NCBI GenBank assembly: GCA_002633005.1
Contig: NMRA01000011.1
Coordinates: 1,705,128-1,769,127, forward strand
Source: Phoronis australis
Taxonomy: Eukaryota > Animalia > Phoronida
DNA length: 64,000 nucleotides
Direction of reading: 5' to 3'
Below the pieces are notes generated by a model, which had not been told where the DNA came from, searched no databases, and saw nothing but the letters and a program-made list of their open reading frames with translations. The translations under genes were made by a program, and so were the position numbers. The first letter of the stretch is position 1, and each line of letters opens with the position of its first letter. Below, in pieces: positions 27,896-41,885 of the stretch.

Positions 27896-28380
27896 AGGTT
27901 ATGTAGTGCCCTTAAAATATGACCAAATTTGGAAAATTTTGGAACATCTTATATCACAAATGACTGATGAGATTCGGATGGAACTCTCAGACACCATTAT
28001 TGATACTTTATGCACTGTTTTCCAAATCACTGTCATCTTGCAATATTCTACTGTTGCATGAGGGGCTATGAAAATAGGACTTTTATGACTGAAAAAACTA
28101 AAGCCGAATAGAGGAAAAGCTTATATTTTAGACAATTGTAACTCTGACAGTGTTTTTCGAGATCTCATCTCGTCAAACATTTATGCAAGATGAAATTTAG
28201 TCAAGGTTGCTTATACTGTTGCTTTGGTATGGATGTACCTTCTTGCTACATTTTGCTAAACAGACATGGTCACGTGTTCCCATTAATAGTACATTGGTAT
28301 AAAGTAAAAAATCAGAGTCTACCCTTGTTATAAAATGTATTCTTTTACTTGGTTAAAGTCTATAGTTTTATAGATATTTG
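27896..28380 (+). mobile_element. Dispersed repeat family starting aggttatgt; related copies at about 4606-5110 and 11918-12370
   Basis: Shared blocks gagatctcatct, atactgttg(c)tttg, ttaaagtctatagtt. Confidence 0.55.
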
Positions 28381-29548
28381 GCTGCATACACCACGTGGAT
28401 AATGTCGTACGTAACTTTAGTAAGAAAGCATGTCAATTGTGTTTGGTACAAAGGTCATTATAAGCGGGACGTTTGTAAATCTTTGAAGCTTCATATAACG
28501 ACTGGGTCATATTTGATGGGCAAAGGTTTCCTTTGATCGGGGGACTATTTTGAATTTGCAAAAAGAATACCTTTAACTTTTTTAAAAGTTGTAACTATTA
28601 GAGTTGCTGTTAATTACAAGAATTTATTGGGATCACAGAAATGTTTTCAAAGATATGGTTGTTATAAAAATCCAAAAGAAGAAAGCAAAATTGTGATTTT
28701 TTATGGACTTAGTGTCAATCTGCCAATGTTTAGGTCTCGAGGCCATGTTCTTCTAATAACAGTCATCAAAAACGTACTCTCCTATCAAATTCCTAAGAAA
28801 ACGCAAATCTCTGTAAGATTTCCATTAAAATAAATTTTTACTCAAGTAAGACGTACAAAAAATAATTCTTAACAGCATGTTGCAAATGCTGCATAAACCC
28901 TAATTCAGTAAACAACTTGAGTAGGAAGGTAGAGTTTAAACAACCAACGTTTTCTTGCACAAAACAACTAATAAAATATCCACCTCTTTTTAATATTATG
29001 ACTCATTTCAATTCTAGCTCAATCTCTACAAAATGTCGACAAGTGTTGCTTTATACATGTTGTCAAACTTACATTAACTTACCATACAATTGCATTACAT
29101 ATTATAAGTTGGCAGCTAGGTGCAATACCTCTGATAAAAGTTTGACAAAAATGCTATTGTATTGTGGCAAACGCTTGAATAAACTGCCAAAATATTCTGG
29201 CAACCTGTTTATCCAAGTTTGGCAGAGTGGGTTGAAGTCCTTCTTAGTTTATTTTGAAAACTAACTCTAATCGCAGTATAAATGCTTTAGTTTGGTGATA
29301 TACAATGTTGCGGACAGGTGAAATTTCATTTTGTCAAATTTCTCAACAAAACTAACTTATCGGGTAAATTTACTTTGCTTTTAGCATGGTTGTATGGCGT
29401 AGGTATTACCAAACAACATTTAGAAAACTTTTGAGCATTTTCAACAATGTGGTAAGCCTCGGAAAAATAGAACAGTGTCAATTTTTGCAATATTGTTTTT
29501 GTCCCAAATTGAAGACTTATTACCATACTGTGTGTTGATTCTCCTCAG

Positions 29549-29623
29549 CTCTGGATGATGATGGGCCAGATAGAAGAAGCCAGGCAAAGCAGGGAGAAGG
29601 CAAGGCAGGCATACAACCAGGGG
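29549..29623 (+). CDS. PRPF6: PRPF6 exon ([10 protein letters not shown]...AYNQG)
   Basis: ctcag|CTC acceptor, GGG|gtaaga donor. Confidence 0.93.
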
Positions 29624-30833
29624 GTAAGAACAGTCTGGACATAGGGGCCAGTTTGCGTAAATAACCCCAGAAATGAGCGGCAGACACTAGCCTTTGAAAA
29701 CCAATTTAACTCGAAATGTCATCTAAAAATAGTTTGTTACAGTGTATATATTTCAACTTTTATAGAAGCAGTTGTAAATTAATAGAGATATATATCCTGT
29801 TCACAAACTGATTAAAACACCAGATAACCAATGTGAAGGGTTGCAAGATTGTCACTTTTGCTGGTGCTTTGCTAGCAGCTTTAGTTAGCCCAAAACGAGG
29901 ACTTATGTAGCCAGACCACTTTACTTCAAACAACAAACATGGGCAGGAATAGAGGCCTTTATGGTTGTGGCAGTCAATCACTGCAGTGAGTAATGTGCTT
30001 TGACAACACTTTAAATGTGATGTGGATGGTGAAGAATAAACTAACTGCTGGCAAAAGGTAACCCTGCCAACACATACAGCACATCTGTCTGGCTACTAAC
30101 ATTACTAGCGCTTTCATCACTGGAAAACTCTGGTAACTTTGCATTTGTACTGAAGACATGCTAGCATTCACCCTACTGAAAAGCTTCTAGCACTCTCACC
30201 ATTGAGAAACTGCTAGTGGTCTTGCCGTTCTTGCAAACCCAGTGTAGAAAACAAAAAGCGCGAAATATTTTGACAGTTATTGAGCTTCAACTTAGATAAT
30301 TTCATGGCTCCAGTCAGAAATTGCCTTTTGTTATGACCAGGGGTATGTAGTAACCGCAGGAAGTTCATGCTTTGGTCAACTCATAGTGCGTATAGTGAGG
30401 TCTCGTTACTGCTATTAAATTATTCCGTGATACAGAAAGCAACTCTCGTGTGACCAAAATTGCTGGAGAATGTGAAAGACAACCTTTGTTCCGTAGAATT
30501 ATCAGTGAGCAAAAGCAAAAAAAACACCTCATATTGAAAAGTGAGAGGAATTTTAATGTTTTAAAACTGCACACCTTTTTATTTGGATGGGCTGAGAATG
30601 TCGCTTAGTCAAATATCCTCACACAACCTTACAAAAGTAACTCATAGTGCAGCGGCTTTTGCTGATATGGTGTCAAATGCAAAATTGTGTATAATGTATA
30701 GAATAAATACATTAATTTTTTACTCTGTTATGTTTATAACATGAATGCCTGGTTGTCATCCTTTTCTCATTGTTGTCAAGTTTGACAAGCCAGTAAGTTT
30801 CCTGTTTGCTGTAGACTTTGACTCCTCTTCCAG

Positions 30834-30967
30834 CTGAAGAAGTGTCCCAAGTCTGTCTCTATGTGGGTGCTGCTCTCAAGCCTGGAGGAAAGAGGTGGCA
30901 ACCTGACCAAGGCACGCTCTATACTGGAGAAGGCCAGGTTGAAGAATCCTCAAAATCCTGACTTGTG
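30834..30967 (+). CDS. PRPF6: PRPF6 exon ([11 protein letters not shown]...KNPQNPDLW)
   Basis: tccag|CTG acceptor, TG|gttagt donor. Confidence 0.93.
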
Positions 30968-31660
30968 GTTAGTAGAGGATTTCTCAAAATAAACTCTACA
31001 GATTTAGACATAACTCTGCAATTCTCCTACACTTGGACAGTCACATTTTCTTGCCAGAATTCTTTGGTAGTTCAGTAGAATTTTTTTCAAACTTTAGTTT
31101 GGGAATAATGTAATGATGGTGCATCCTTTTGTTATTTGTTTATTTGCGTTGTGGACTTGCCAGGCACGTTATCGCACTTTAGATGATTATAAAAGTGCTT
31201 GGTGCAACACCTGTCTAAATTTAGCTAGAATTGAAACGGGTTTTGTCCAGAGAAATTGAGATTAAGTTACAGATTTGTGTATCAAAATGTCATAAAATTT
31301 TGATGTTTGTTTGTTTTAAAAAATCAATAAATTATTTAATCCATGAATATTTCTGTCGTCTTGAACTAGAATTGTGAAAAATTCAAACTAGAACCTGAGT
31401 GAGTAAAAGGTGTATCCATGACGTGGCCAAGAATAGGTCACTACATGGTCAAGAATAGGTCACTCTGCGGACAGTTTTCCATTTCCCATGTGTTAATTAG
31501 AATTATTTTGGATTTACAAGCTGTGTTTTTGAAATATTGTTGAAGGACCTGACATAGAATTTTGTTTGTAATAATCACAGAAACTAATTTTTAAGTAACA
31601 AGTTTTTGTCAAAAAACGTATAAGGTTCTGAAGAAGAGTTACATTGTTTGTTGCTTACAG

Positions 31661-31867
31661 GCTTGAAGCCATCCGTGTAGAGCACAGGGGAGGTATGAAG
31701 AACATGGCTAACACCCTGATGGCCAAGGCTCTTCAAGAGTGCCCCACATCTGGCAAGTTGTGGGCAGAAGCCATTTTTATGGAGGGACGTCCGCAGAGGA
31801 AAACCAAATCTGTAGACGCCCTCCACCGCTGTGAGCATGACCCCCACGTCTTGTTGGCAGTATCCAG
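31661..31867 (+). CDS. PRPF6: PRPF6 exon (LEAIRVEHR...[12 protein letters not shown])
   Basis: tacag|G acceptor, AG|gtgagt donor. Confidence 0.96.
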
Positions 31868-32606
31868 GTGAGTGTCTCAGAAATCAAGTTGTGATTTACT
31901 AGGCTCCTATTGATACCTTGAGTAGGCAATGTGGTCTAGTGGTGTCTGCCTCCTGTTAAGATCGTGAGCTTGAATCCTACTGAATACCACTGATACGTCT
32001 CTTAGCTCCTCAGCTCGGTCTGAATTTGTGTGTATGTGTTTCATGTGTATAATAAATTAAAAATGTATTCAGGTGTTGATGCAATAGGTCTGGTTGAGCA
32101 GCCTGCGCACACCTGGTGCATCATGCATCAGACCAACATGCATCACACCACCTGTCTTACTACCAATGGTTCTAATCATAAACCATGTTTTCTGGTACTA
32201 ACCAGGATCAAAATGTCCCTTTCCACTAGAGCAGTGTTCATTAACCGTCAATGCAATGTCCTATAAGGGCACTTCCAAAGGCATTGGAGCAGCCAAATTT
32301 CAGACTTGTGATATCTGTTTTGTATCGTGGTGTGTGACAGTACATAAATAGTTTGTGATTACTTGCAAAAACTGGAAATGTCTCTTTATACTAATTTTTC
32401 ATGAGACTTACTTGTAATCTGCGGCAACATTTTCCAAGTAAATATTTTCAATAGTAATTGTTGTTTTGGTCTTGTATGGTCCTCGATAACAAATTATAGT
32501 ACGTCTCATTGGGTTGGGTTTTGGCATTTTCGTGTTGCCGAAATTATGTGGGTGACCGGTTTTGATGAAAGTTCACCTTGACAAAGTCACTATTTTACCA
32601 TGACAG

Positions 32607-32733
32607 GTTGTTCTGGGCAGAGAGGAAACTGACCAAGGCCCGTGACTGGTTCCATAGAACGATTAAGATTGATCCAGATCTTGGAGACGCCTGGGCCTAT
32701 ATGTATAAATTTGAACTGGCCCATGGGACAGAG
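32607..32733 (+). CDS. PRPF6: PRPF6 exon ([15 protein letters not shown]...AHGTE)
   Basis: gacag|G acceptor, GAG|gtatgt donor. Confidence 0.95.
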
Positions 32734-32873
32734 GTATGTGTGGTCGATTCAATTCTTGACAGCACTGTTGGGATAGAGCTGTGAGAGGTTAACAAGTAAT
32801 CTGTGAAGCATCAACAGGTGTTGGTGCTACTTTTTGTGCAATATAGTTGGGATGTCCAATGCCATGTATTTAA

Positions 32874-33444
32874 GGGCTGTTCCAGCAAAATCTGTGTGGG
32901 AGGGGGGGAAGGCAACTGAAACAAAAATTTATGGGTGGTTGCGTTTGATTTAAATTCAAAATGGCTGGTGGTCGTACTTCAAAAAAATAAAAATTTACAG
33001 GTCGTCGTTGTTTCATTGGGCCATAAATGTTTGATGGTGGGTAATTTTAGTAAATTTTATAAACAATCCGCACAGAATCAAAAACGGAAACAAAAATGCA
33101 ACTTGCAAAAAACTCCGACTTTTTCACTCCCTCCGATCTCCCCATCAGCATGCCCATAACACCAGTCAACCACAGGCGCTCGAATTTCTCGATGGCTAAT
33201 AACCATATATAAGAAACATAATTATGTTTTCTTAGTAATGAATGACGTTAGTGGTGATGGAGGAACAGATGAATTCAAGCGCCTGTGCAGTCGACCACAA
33301 GAACAAAAAAAAATTACGGGTGGTTGCATTTCAAACTTATAAAAAATTACGGGTGGCAGGCTGAAGAAATAAATGAAAAATATGGGTGGTGGGTGCGAAA
33401 AAAGGTGCCTTCCCCCCCCCATACAGATTTTACTGGAACAGCCC
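32874..33444. mobile_element. PIF/Harbinger-type MITE, 571 bp
   Basis: About 40-bp TIR gggctgttccagcaaaatctgtgtggg / cccatacagattttactggaacagccc; TAA on both flanks. Confidence 0.88.
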
Positions 33445-34213
33445 TAAGGTTTCTACTGTTTTCGGATTTCACAATGCAAAATACAGTCAAACCCCATCGC
33501 AATGGACCGTCCAGATACCTTTTCGAAACAATTGTTGCTACTGATTTTGAGTAGAACCAAATCAAATTGTATACAACACAGTTGGCTTGGGATTTAAAGA
33601 ATGACATGTTCTAAGTGACAGAATGTGGTAAAGCTTGTTCATTGTAATGCGCATTGGTTTTGGTATTCCCTCAAAATCAACAATGAAAGCAGAGGTCATG
33701 GGGTATTTGAATCTTTCGCTTTCGCTTCCCATGATTGTGGCCGAACTAGTGAGTGGTGCGTCCCATAGTGAGCAAAATTGGGCTGAAGCATTTAAGGCAT
33801 CTCTAGTCTTGGAGCTATTTACAACTAAATTAAAAACTACAAACTTTACATAACAGGGAGCATTCACATATTATCTCACAATTTGAGGCAGGAGGTTGTT
33901 GATAGTATCGCTGTCACAGGACGATTTGATTGTTGAAATGGCGTACCTCATTTTATTGCTGAATACAACTGTGGCAAAATGCAAGTTATTGTTAAATGAT
34001 GTTAGTTTGTCATTAGTCATCAAGACAGAATCCCCAACAAACTGCTGGTTCTTCCAAAAACAGAGAAGGGTTGGCTGTGAGGACACAATTAGAGGCTGTA
34101 TTGGGGGGTGGGGGTTATACGACAATGGGTAATGACAAGGTGGAGTAAGGCAAAAAGCGTCATATTATGTATGACATAATAAAGTGAATGCTGGCTAATT
34201 TGATGACCCGCAG

Positions 34214-34366
34214 GAACAGCAAGATCAAGTCCTCAGGAAATGTATCAATGCAGAGCCACACCATGGGGAGAAGTGGTGCAAGGTCTCCAAACTGATCAAG
34301 AACTGGAGGAAAAAGACCGATGAGATACTGCCCCTGGTCGCTAATTCACTGGACGTTCCGACATAA
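34214..34366 (+). CDS. PRPF6: PRPF6 last coding exon (EQQDQVLRKCINAEPHHGEKWC...DVPT*)
   Basis: cgcag|GAA acceptor; TAA at 34364-34366; matches the AEPRHGELWC C-terminal motif. Confidence 0.94.
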   Translation, partial: EQQDQVLRKCINAEPHHGEKWCKVSKLIKNWRKKTDEILPLVANSLDVPT

Positions 34367-34696
34367 CGTTTGTGGGTTACTGTGATAGAGACATTGACAG
34401 TGGGAAAGTTTTCACACTTGCAGGTCATAGAACAGGCAAGTTAAGAAACTAGGAGTTCAAGGTCAGTTTAACACTGTGTGTGTTTTGGTTAGTTTCCAAC
34501 TGACACACTGAAATTCACTTGCACTGTTTGCAGGACATCCACTTGTCTTTGTTTCCAGTGTGGTACAGTTCATGTAATCACCAAGGTAACAAATCATTTG
34601 TTCCAGAATAGTTTTTACTGGAGACTTGAAAAATTTACTGCCAGTTAATACCCTGTGTCATATGATAACTGACTTCAGTTTGTAAAATATGTAATT

Positions 34697-34705
34697 TTTA
34701 ATAAA
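34697..34705. terminator. Overlapping poly(A) signals: AATAAA on + (34700-34705, PRPF6) and ATTAAA on - (34702-34697, DLAT)
   Basis: Sequence TTTAATAAA between the convergent stop codons. Confidence 0.5.
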
Positions 34706-35285
34706 GGTGGTATTCACAATCTCTTGTTCTAATTCTGTATCTCTATATTCAACACTTGGGTTCTACTAACAGTAATTACATTATACAATAGACAGAGTGC
34801 CATGGGAAAAGTACTGACAGCCAGAAATGCATCTCTCCACCAGATGTCGCTGATTGTGTGTTTTGCATACCCAGAAAGATTACAGCACACCAAGTGCAGC
34901 AAAAACCAACCTTAGGCATGAAATTGAGCATTATACTTTTTGTTGGAATTCGGCTAACTGCGGAGGTGCAGCACAGATCTGGCGCAACAAACAATTTACA
35001 CACAGATGAAGAATGCCCAAAACTTATGACTTGTGACCCAGTATAGGCTTGTAAATATCAACAAGCAGTTATACAAAGCACCGGAACTTGTACAATTAAT
35101 TGTTCAAAACAGACAACTTCAGTACAGGTTTTTTACAAGCCGCTGATCAGAAACTTGCACCACCGCCTAATGCTGTAACCCCAATTTTCTCTTGTACACG
35201 CCAACAGAAAGTAATATAGCGAGCTGAATTTCATAAATAAGAATTCACCACACCTGTCCTACAACATGAACACTATATGTTATCA

Positions 35286-35415
35286 CTATAGCAACATAGT
35301 CTGTGGTCGTTCCATGAACTTCTTAAACTCAGCTAGCCACTGAGCACCCACTGCTCCGTCCACTACACGGTGGTCACAACTCAGGGTCACACTCATCATG
35401 GTCGCTGGGCTGAAC
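35286..35415 (-). CDS. DLAT: DLAT last exon ([18 protein letters not shown]...TMLL*)
   Basis: Catalytic His motif DHRVVDG; TAG stop. Confidence 0.96.
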
Positions 35416-36129
35416 CTGAAACATAACCCATAATGGTAAAAAGTTTGAGTGCAGGCTTGAGACTTCAACATGAGAAGCAAGGCCAGTTGTTTGGGAAGAA
35501 TGTTTTAACATTACAATAAATTTGGCAGCGATGCACACCATGTGTCACACAGTCATTTCAATGGCCCTTGATTAAATTGCACATCCGTTTCATGAAACCA
35601 GATTTCAAGAACTTTGAGTAAGTTCTAAATTTACGATGCTTAAACTATTTTCTGGCTACAAATAAAACCCAAATTGGGCCTTTTTCACTCATAAAAACTG
35701 CCTAGTAACATTTCTCATCATCACCAGTTTTTGTTTAGGAGTATTGAGACGGTTTTATGAGTAGTAAAAAGGCTAATTCGATTTTCGCTTTAACCAGCTA
35801 AGTGGCAAAATGCAGCTTAAAAGTCAGCATAATTACTTGAAGGGTTTTCTCACTACATGAATTTCTGTGGTCATTACATTTACCCTATATTGTTACAATG
35901 AACATTAATTGTGCCTCAACCAAAATAATTGCTGTATAGTGCACATCACTGACTTGGAGAATAAAACGAAAACAACAAAAAGTTGAATAAGAAGGCAGCA
36001 GCTCCTTAATGACAGCAGGAATTGCAAGCCTAAGAAAAACAATTAACAAAATTTGTGAAAAGAGAAGTGTATCTTCAGATGAAATAAAGCAAGCAACACA
36101 AGTTTGACCTTGCGACGACCTTCACTCAC

Positions 36130-36350
36130 CCAGCTTCACTATCCTCATCAACAACCATCCTTCTCTCAGCGCCCCCTACAGCCAGTATGCACGACTGTGG
36201 AGGGTTGATTACCGCTGCAAAGTGCTTGATGCCAAACATGCCGAGGTTGGAGATGGTGAACGTTCCTCCCTGGAACTCGTGTGGTTGAAGCTTACCCGAT
36301 CTGGCTTTGGCCGCCAGGGAAGTCACGTCGACACTAATGGAGCTCAAACC
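36130..36350 (-). CDS. DLAT: DLAT exon ([21 protein letters not shown])
   Basis: Conserved; canonical splice sites. Confidence 0.96.
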
Positions 36351-36741
36351 CTGAAAGACGAGACGAGAAATGCTCAAAGTTCAAGTAGATGTAATCTTCT
36401 GATGCACATGCTCAATGTTGGTTAATCGATGTTCAATTTATATGAATTCATAATTAACGTGTTTATCCATTTCCATTCATTCACATGAATTTAAATATGT
36501 AAACATGCTCAAATGTGCTGTGGGCCTATGGACTCAGAGCACTTCAATAATTAAAGTTTATTAAACTAAAAATTGTCGTAAAAGTTAATACATGAGATTT
36601 CGCAAACCACATTATTCTGTAGGATGAATTATCAATACTGCTTTCAAAACTGATCAAATTAATTTCAGGATGTATGAACATGGGCATATATCTGATTCTA
36701 CAAGAACTTGAAATGACTGAAAAATAGAAGCTGTCACTTAC

Positions 36742-36823
36742 CTTGAGATCTGCGTTAGTTACAATGGGTGTGATGAGTCCGTCATCAGTTGCCACAGCAA
36801 CACTCACGTCCACATTATTGTAT
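36742..36823 (-). CDS. DLAT: DLAT exon (YNNVDVSVAVATDDGLITPIV)
   Basis: Conserved; canonical splice sites. Confidence 0.94.
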
Positions 36824-37698
36824 CTGAGAAACGGGAATGAACAAAATAAGATCAGATAGTACTGTATAACAACCGTGCGTGAACCACAGTGCACTGAACA
36901 AAGAATGTCTACCTAGGGCACCACAGTACTTAGAATGTCAACAAAATTGGTCAGTTCTGAGACACACATAAGGTTTTCCCAATATCCTTGAATCAATTTA
37001 CATAAAATATAAATTTTGAATATTAACCATGAGTGGTAGCCCAACAAAAGATGGCGCAGTTATACTGAACGTGCACATCCTTCTTAAGGCCATCTACAAA
37101 CATAAACATATATTGCACTGTTACCTATTCCACAAGAAAACTTTTAACTAGCCCACCTAATGGCAGGGCACAAGCAAGAGAAGAGTTCAGTTAAATTTTG
37201 ACAAAAACTATTAATAAGACAATTACACGAGGTAACATTCATGAGAACATACTTGCCAAATTTCACAAGGAGTTAAGTTGCAGATGAAGAAAAATGCCAC
37301 TAGGGGGCACTGCACTAGTTGGGCCTGTTGGAAAATCAGTGTTACTCACGCTCTTGTCAGTAGGAACCCATTCGTCAATTTTCATAATGATCCTCTGGGC
37401 AGTTTGAACAGTCTTGCAAACAATAAACATGGTCACCAGATGGCTTAGATAAAACGTTCTGAAAATGGTGTTGTCATCTCCATTATGGGGATCCGTAAAA
37501 GCAAAATTGCCACCAGATGACAGCAGTAGTTTGATCAGTCCGAAAAGTGTTTATCATCAGTCACCAGCTTCATACGAACACATCTGCCAAATTCCGTGAA
37601 AATTCAGCGAGCGGTTTAGTAGATGCATTAATGGATGTCCAGAGATGATGGCAATACATATGTGGGTGCATAAAAACGCAAGTAAACTTTCAACTCAC

Positions 37699-37839
37699 TG
37701 TCTAATGCAGGACTCCATCCAAGATGAGTTAGCCTCAGGCACCTTCTTACAAGACAAAGCAGATGCCTTGATAATGAAGTCATTTACGGATAGCTTGATA
37801 TTATCTTTTTCCGTCAGTTGGTTTAGTTCTTGACGTAAA
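37699..37839 (-). CDS. DLAT: DLAT exon ([26 protein letters not shown])
   Basis: Conserved catalytic-domain segment; canonical splice sites. Confidence 0.94.
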
Positions 37840-38179
37840 CTGAACAAAATAACAAAAAGCTATACAGACACAGCTGCAAGGATATAACAAGGACGCAATT
37901 TGGAAACAGTAATTAAACAAAACAACTTGAATTTTATGATTAAGTAAAACACAGAACAGTTACAAAATGACACAAACACTGGAACACTGAACATTTTTCA
38001 GAGCTCGTACAATTCTTAGTTCACAGCTCTGCTGGTGCCTTGATGCTGTAAATTGCTGTTGTTTTATTCGACCTAAATACTACACCTCATAATTATTAAT
38101 CAAAAAATCCGCATGCCAACAACACATGATTTCTTTAAATTTCAGCTGACAACAGGCAAACTGTATTTAATATACATAC

Positions 38180-38265
38180 TCTAATACTTGTTCCATGTTG
38201 ACATCAATGGTCAGATAGTAGTGGGGTATAGTCTGCTTTGACTGTAACAACCGTCTGGCAATGAC
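38180..38265 (-). CDS. DLAT: DLAT exon ([19 protein letters not shown])
   Basis: Conserved SKQTIPHYY; translated by hand. Confidence 0.94.
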
Positions 38266-38839
38266 CTGTGTACAATAATAGCAGCGGATGATGAGTGCGA
38301 CGCTTAATCGTTGTTGCAACAGATTTGAATTGTGCAAACAACATTTTCCATGTCAGAGTTTTACATTTAGTTAATCATCAATAAACAGCAGGGGTCATGT
38401 TTAAGTGAATATGGTTTATAACAAACCCATATGTATTTACTAATGGAGCTCAGGACTATAGTAAATAAGGAAGCGATGTCTTGAAAGATGAAAAGAATTG
38501 AGAGGATTCCTCATCATGGTTCTGAAAACAATCCCTAGCTGTTATATTTAATAATCACACAACCTCTTAATTTGTACCTAAAAGTTTAATCTCTAAAATC
38601 AACACAGCGCCCCCTTCAGGATGATCAGAGGTCTATGATAGTTTGCAAGAGTTTCAAGTGTACATCATGACTAAGAATTAGTATCACATAATTAGTGACC
38701 CACAATAACATCCTTAACGACGAAGAAAGAACTCAGAAATGCTGCTGCTGCTCATCTCAACATGGGTCTAGTGGACCAAACTGGGCACACATCCTATTAA
38801 ACATTATTAGGCACTCTCACTTGTTTTCCAAGCACTTAC

Positions 38840-38986
38840 CTGTCTGACATTCGACAAAGGAAGGTCTGTGTAGGTGACACCTGGTACAGGGGCGGGGGGA
38901 GGGGGTGTGGCTACAGCACCCGACGAGATGAAGCTCAGCACATCCTGACCCCTGACGCGACCCTCAGGTCCTGTACCAGTAATCAA
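38840..38986 (-). CDS. DLAT: DLAT exon (LITGTGPEGRV...LSNVRQ)
   Basis: GTGPxGR motif; canonical splice sites. Confidence 0.94.
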
Positions 38987-39330
38987 CTGAAACAGCAATG
39001 GATTAGTAAATGCCCATCTGGTGACTGTAACACAAAAGCACCAACTTCATGACGTAGTTCATAGTTGGGAGCTGAACACACAAGCAGAAACACATAAAGC
39101 AGGCATCTACGACATGCTCGGAAGTTTGATGACCAGCATCAATCCAACCTTGCACTTCAATTATTCGATGTTGAGCATCAATATTTTGCAGCAATCGCCT
39201 TCACCAATACATAATTATTCAACACGAACACTCAAGGACTGAACCTGGACAAATGCAGTGCATGGCCACCATAAATAAGGCTAAAATCAAACTGCATGTT
39301 CAGGAGAACCACTCAAGTACATTAACTCAC

Positions 39331-39636
39331 CGACAAATCCAATCCTTTCTCCGCAGCTAACGTTTTTGCCAGAGGACTGGCAAAAATGCGACCTCCCGCT
39401 GGCTGGGCAGCTGATGCAGGAGGGGGTGGTGGAGGTGCAACCCGTGCTGGAGCAGCAACAGGTGCCGGGGAAGGTGTTGGGGCTGGAGGGGGTGGGGCAG
39501 CCGCTGCTGGAGGGGGTGGGGCAGCCGCTGCAGGAGGGGGTGCAGGAGCAGATGCAGGCGCATCATCGTCTGCTGATGGTGTGTAGTCTTTGAAAGCTGC
39601 AACGTCACCTTCCTCAGGTACAATAATGCATAACAA
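39331..39636 (-). CDS. DLAT: DLAT exon (lipoyl end, Pro/Ala linker, RIFASPLAK)
   Basis: Canonical splice sites; start of the E1/E3-binding domain. Confidence 0.95.
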
Positions 39637-41658
39637 CTGAAAAAACAAACAACGATTTCAAATTAATTTCTTGGCTGAAAGGAAATTTCTAATATTCACA
39701 TTTTTGTCTAATAAGATTGTTTGACTGTGAATCATAGAAAAATATCCCATCTTAAAGGTTAGCGTATAATAATTACTCAAAACCTGTACAAAATATACCA
39801 TAAGCATTCTCTTTAATGTCTGTAAGCACAAGCAACCCACTCTGGAAATTTTTCGGAATAAGTGGGCACCCTCGACTTTTTAACATTTTTGCTTAAGCAC
39901 GCAATGCTCAGGCTAGCCATCACTGCTCAGGATGGTGCCCACTGGTCGGGATAGAGCCCACTGCTTGGGATAGAGCCCAATGCACGGGAATTCATCATCA
40001 AAAGAATATGGCACACTTTCAAATGCAGCAACTGAATTAATTTTGAGTCACAATGTAATTACGCCCAGAAGTTACTGTTGTCGCCAACGACATCATATTA
40101 TATTAGCATCCTCTGCAGTGCATTAAAAAGGAACTTGAATGCTAATTCCTTATTTCTGTGATTGTTAGGTCAAGTTAGTTAGAAGTACATTATGAAGTAT
40201 GTTGAAAATTGTGAAATATTCTTAAGAACGAGTTTTGTGTCGAAAATAATTTGCCGTAAATCACTCAACAATGTCCAGTAAGTATCGTGACGTGGTGTTG
40301 CACGATATGGGCTGTGTGAACCCCAAAGGTACGTCATTAGTGCAAAGGTCACCTATTTGCAGAATTTTTTGTTTACACATTTACAAGTTGTCAATGAATA
40401 CAACTGTATAAATATCATCTTTTTCAGTGAGGCGTGGAATATGTTGCAAGTAGATTATAATCTACAATCTGCAATGAATACAACTGCACTTTGTTTAGCA
40501 TAGATGATGTTCAAACAGCATTATCGTTTAGTTCCTGCTATACATGAGCATAGATAGGAGCACACGAATACATCTTTAAGAACACCAACTTTGTTGAAAT
40601 TGACACTTTACCACACTGCTCTCCACAACAGAAAATTGACCCTCTAGTAAATTCCAAAAACCAATGCATGTAGTTACATATTCGAAAGGTCATGTCCATA
40701 CTCTTTTAAATTAGGAAGTTTATGTGTTAATTCTTAGAATATGTGCATTGAACTGTACCAACAATCCAAAATGTCTTAATTTGCTTAACAAATGATTAAA
40801 CTACCAGAATTTCCAAAATTATTGCATAGGTTTTCTGGTGGTAAGAGAATACTTTAAAATCAAATCAACTGATAATGGAGATCGACAAAAAGTATTTTGA
40901 GACTTTTTATATCACGCAAACTAATTATTGACTATATAACCAAAATAAAACACAAGTTATTTTCTCATTAAGTTTGCATTGCATCATTGTCATGCACCCC
41001 AAAATGTCACTTGGTCTGAGCACATAATGCCTCATGGAAGTTCTTTGATACGAAATTTATCAACCATTCAAAATGCAAAATTTGAGCTGCAAACATAAGA
41101 AGGTGAGGCTATCAGGGTGAGTGCCTGGCTGAGGTTAAGCACCCGTGCTCACATGAGCACCCAACCTCAAGTTCTTCAAATTTCCAATTTCAGCCTTCAT
41201 TATAAGGCTTTCGTCCCCCACCCCCAACAATTTCCAAGCTGGTTAATTTAAGTGTCCTGAGTGTTAATCAAAATATAAGGCCAAAAATAGCATATTTTCC
41301 GATTCTTAAAAGTTGCTCATCGCTACTTTAGAGAAGTACACCCTACGCAGAACTGGCATCAAATCTGACGGCTTTTTAAGGTTGCCGCTCACGAGCCAAC
41401 AAACAAACCATTTTTTTATAGTTCAATGGAACCAAGGAATTATACACTTTTGAAGAATGCTACAATTTTATAAGTCGTCTTATGTGGCAGTTGATTTGTT
41501 GTTTCTTTGAAGCACACAACTTCCTTTCACACATCCATGCACAAAAAACACAAACATTTTCCAACACTATACCACACTAAAGAAACTGGTCTAGCACAGG
41601 CCTTCTCCTACCTAACTAGCCATATGACATACGAGTAAAATCACCACATGAATGTCAC

Positions 41659-41885
41659 CTTTCCAACAGGCACATCCTTGGACCCCGTGGACAGGATGAT
41701 CTTTGCAAGGTATCCCTCTTCGGAAGCCTCGAAGCCCATTGTCGACTTGTCAGTTTCAATTTCAACAAGCAGGTCCCCCTCTGAGATTTGTTCTCCTTCT
41801 TTCTTCTCCCAGCTGACAATGTTACCAGTCTCCATCGTCGGAGACAGCGCCGGCAGCTTTATTTTGAAGTGTTCAGGAAGGTCCC
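41659..41885 (-). CDS. DLAT: DLAT lipoyl-domain exon ([11 protein letters not shown]...IETDKSTM)
   Basis: Lipoyl-lysine motif ETDK; canonical splice sites. Confidence 0.96.

Noticed and set aside
31929-31980. tRNA gene (tggtctagtgg ... cttgaatcct)
   Set aside because: No cloverleaf; at best a decayed SINE head.
39386-39586. Gly/Ala-rich ORF on +
   Set aside because: Antisense shadow of the DLAT Pro/Ala linker exon.
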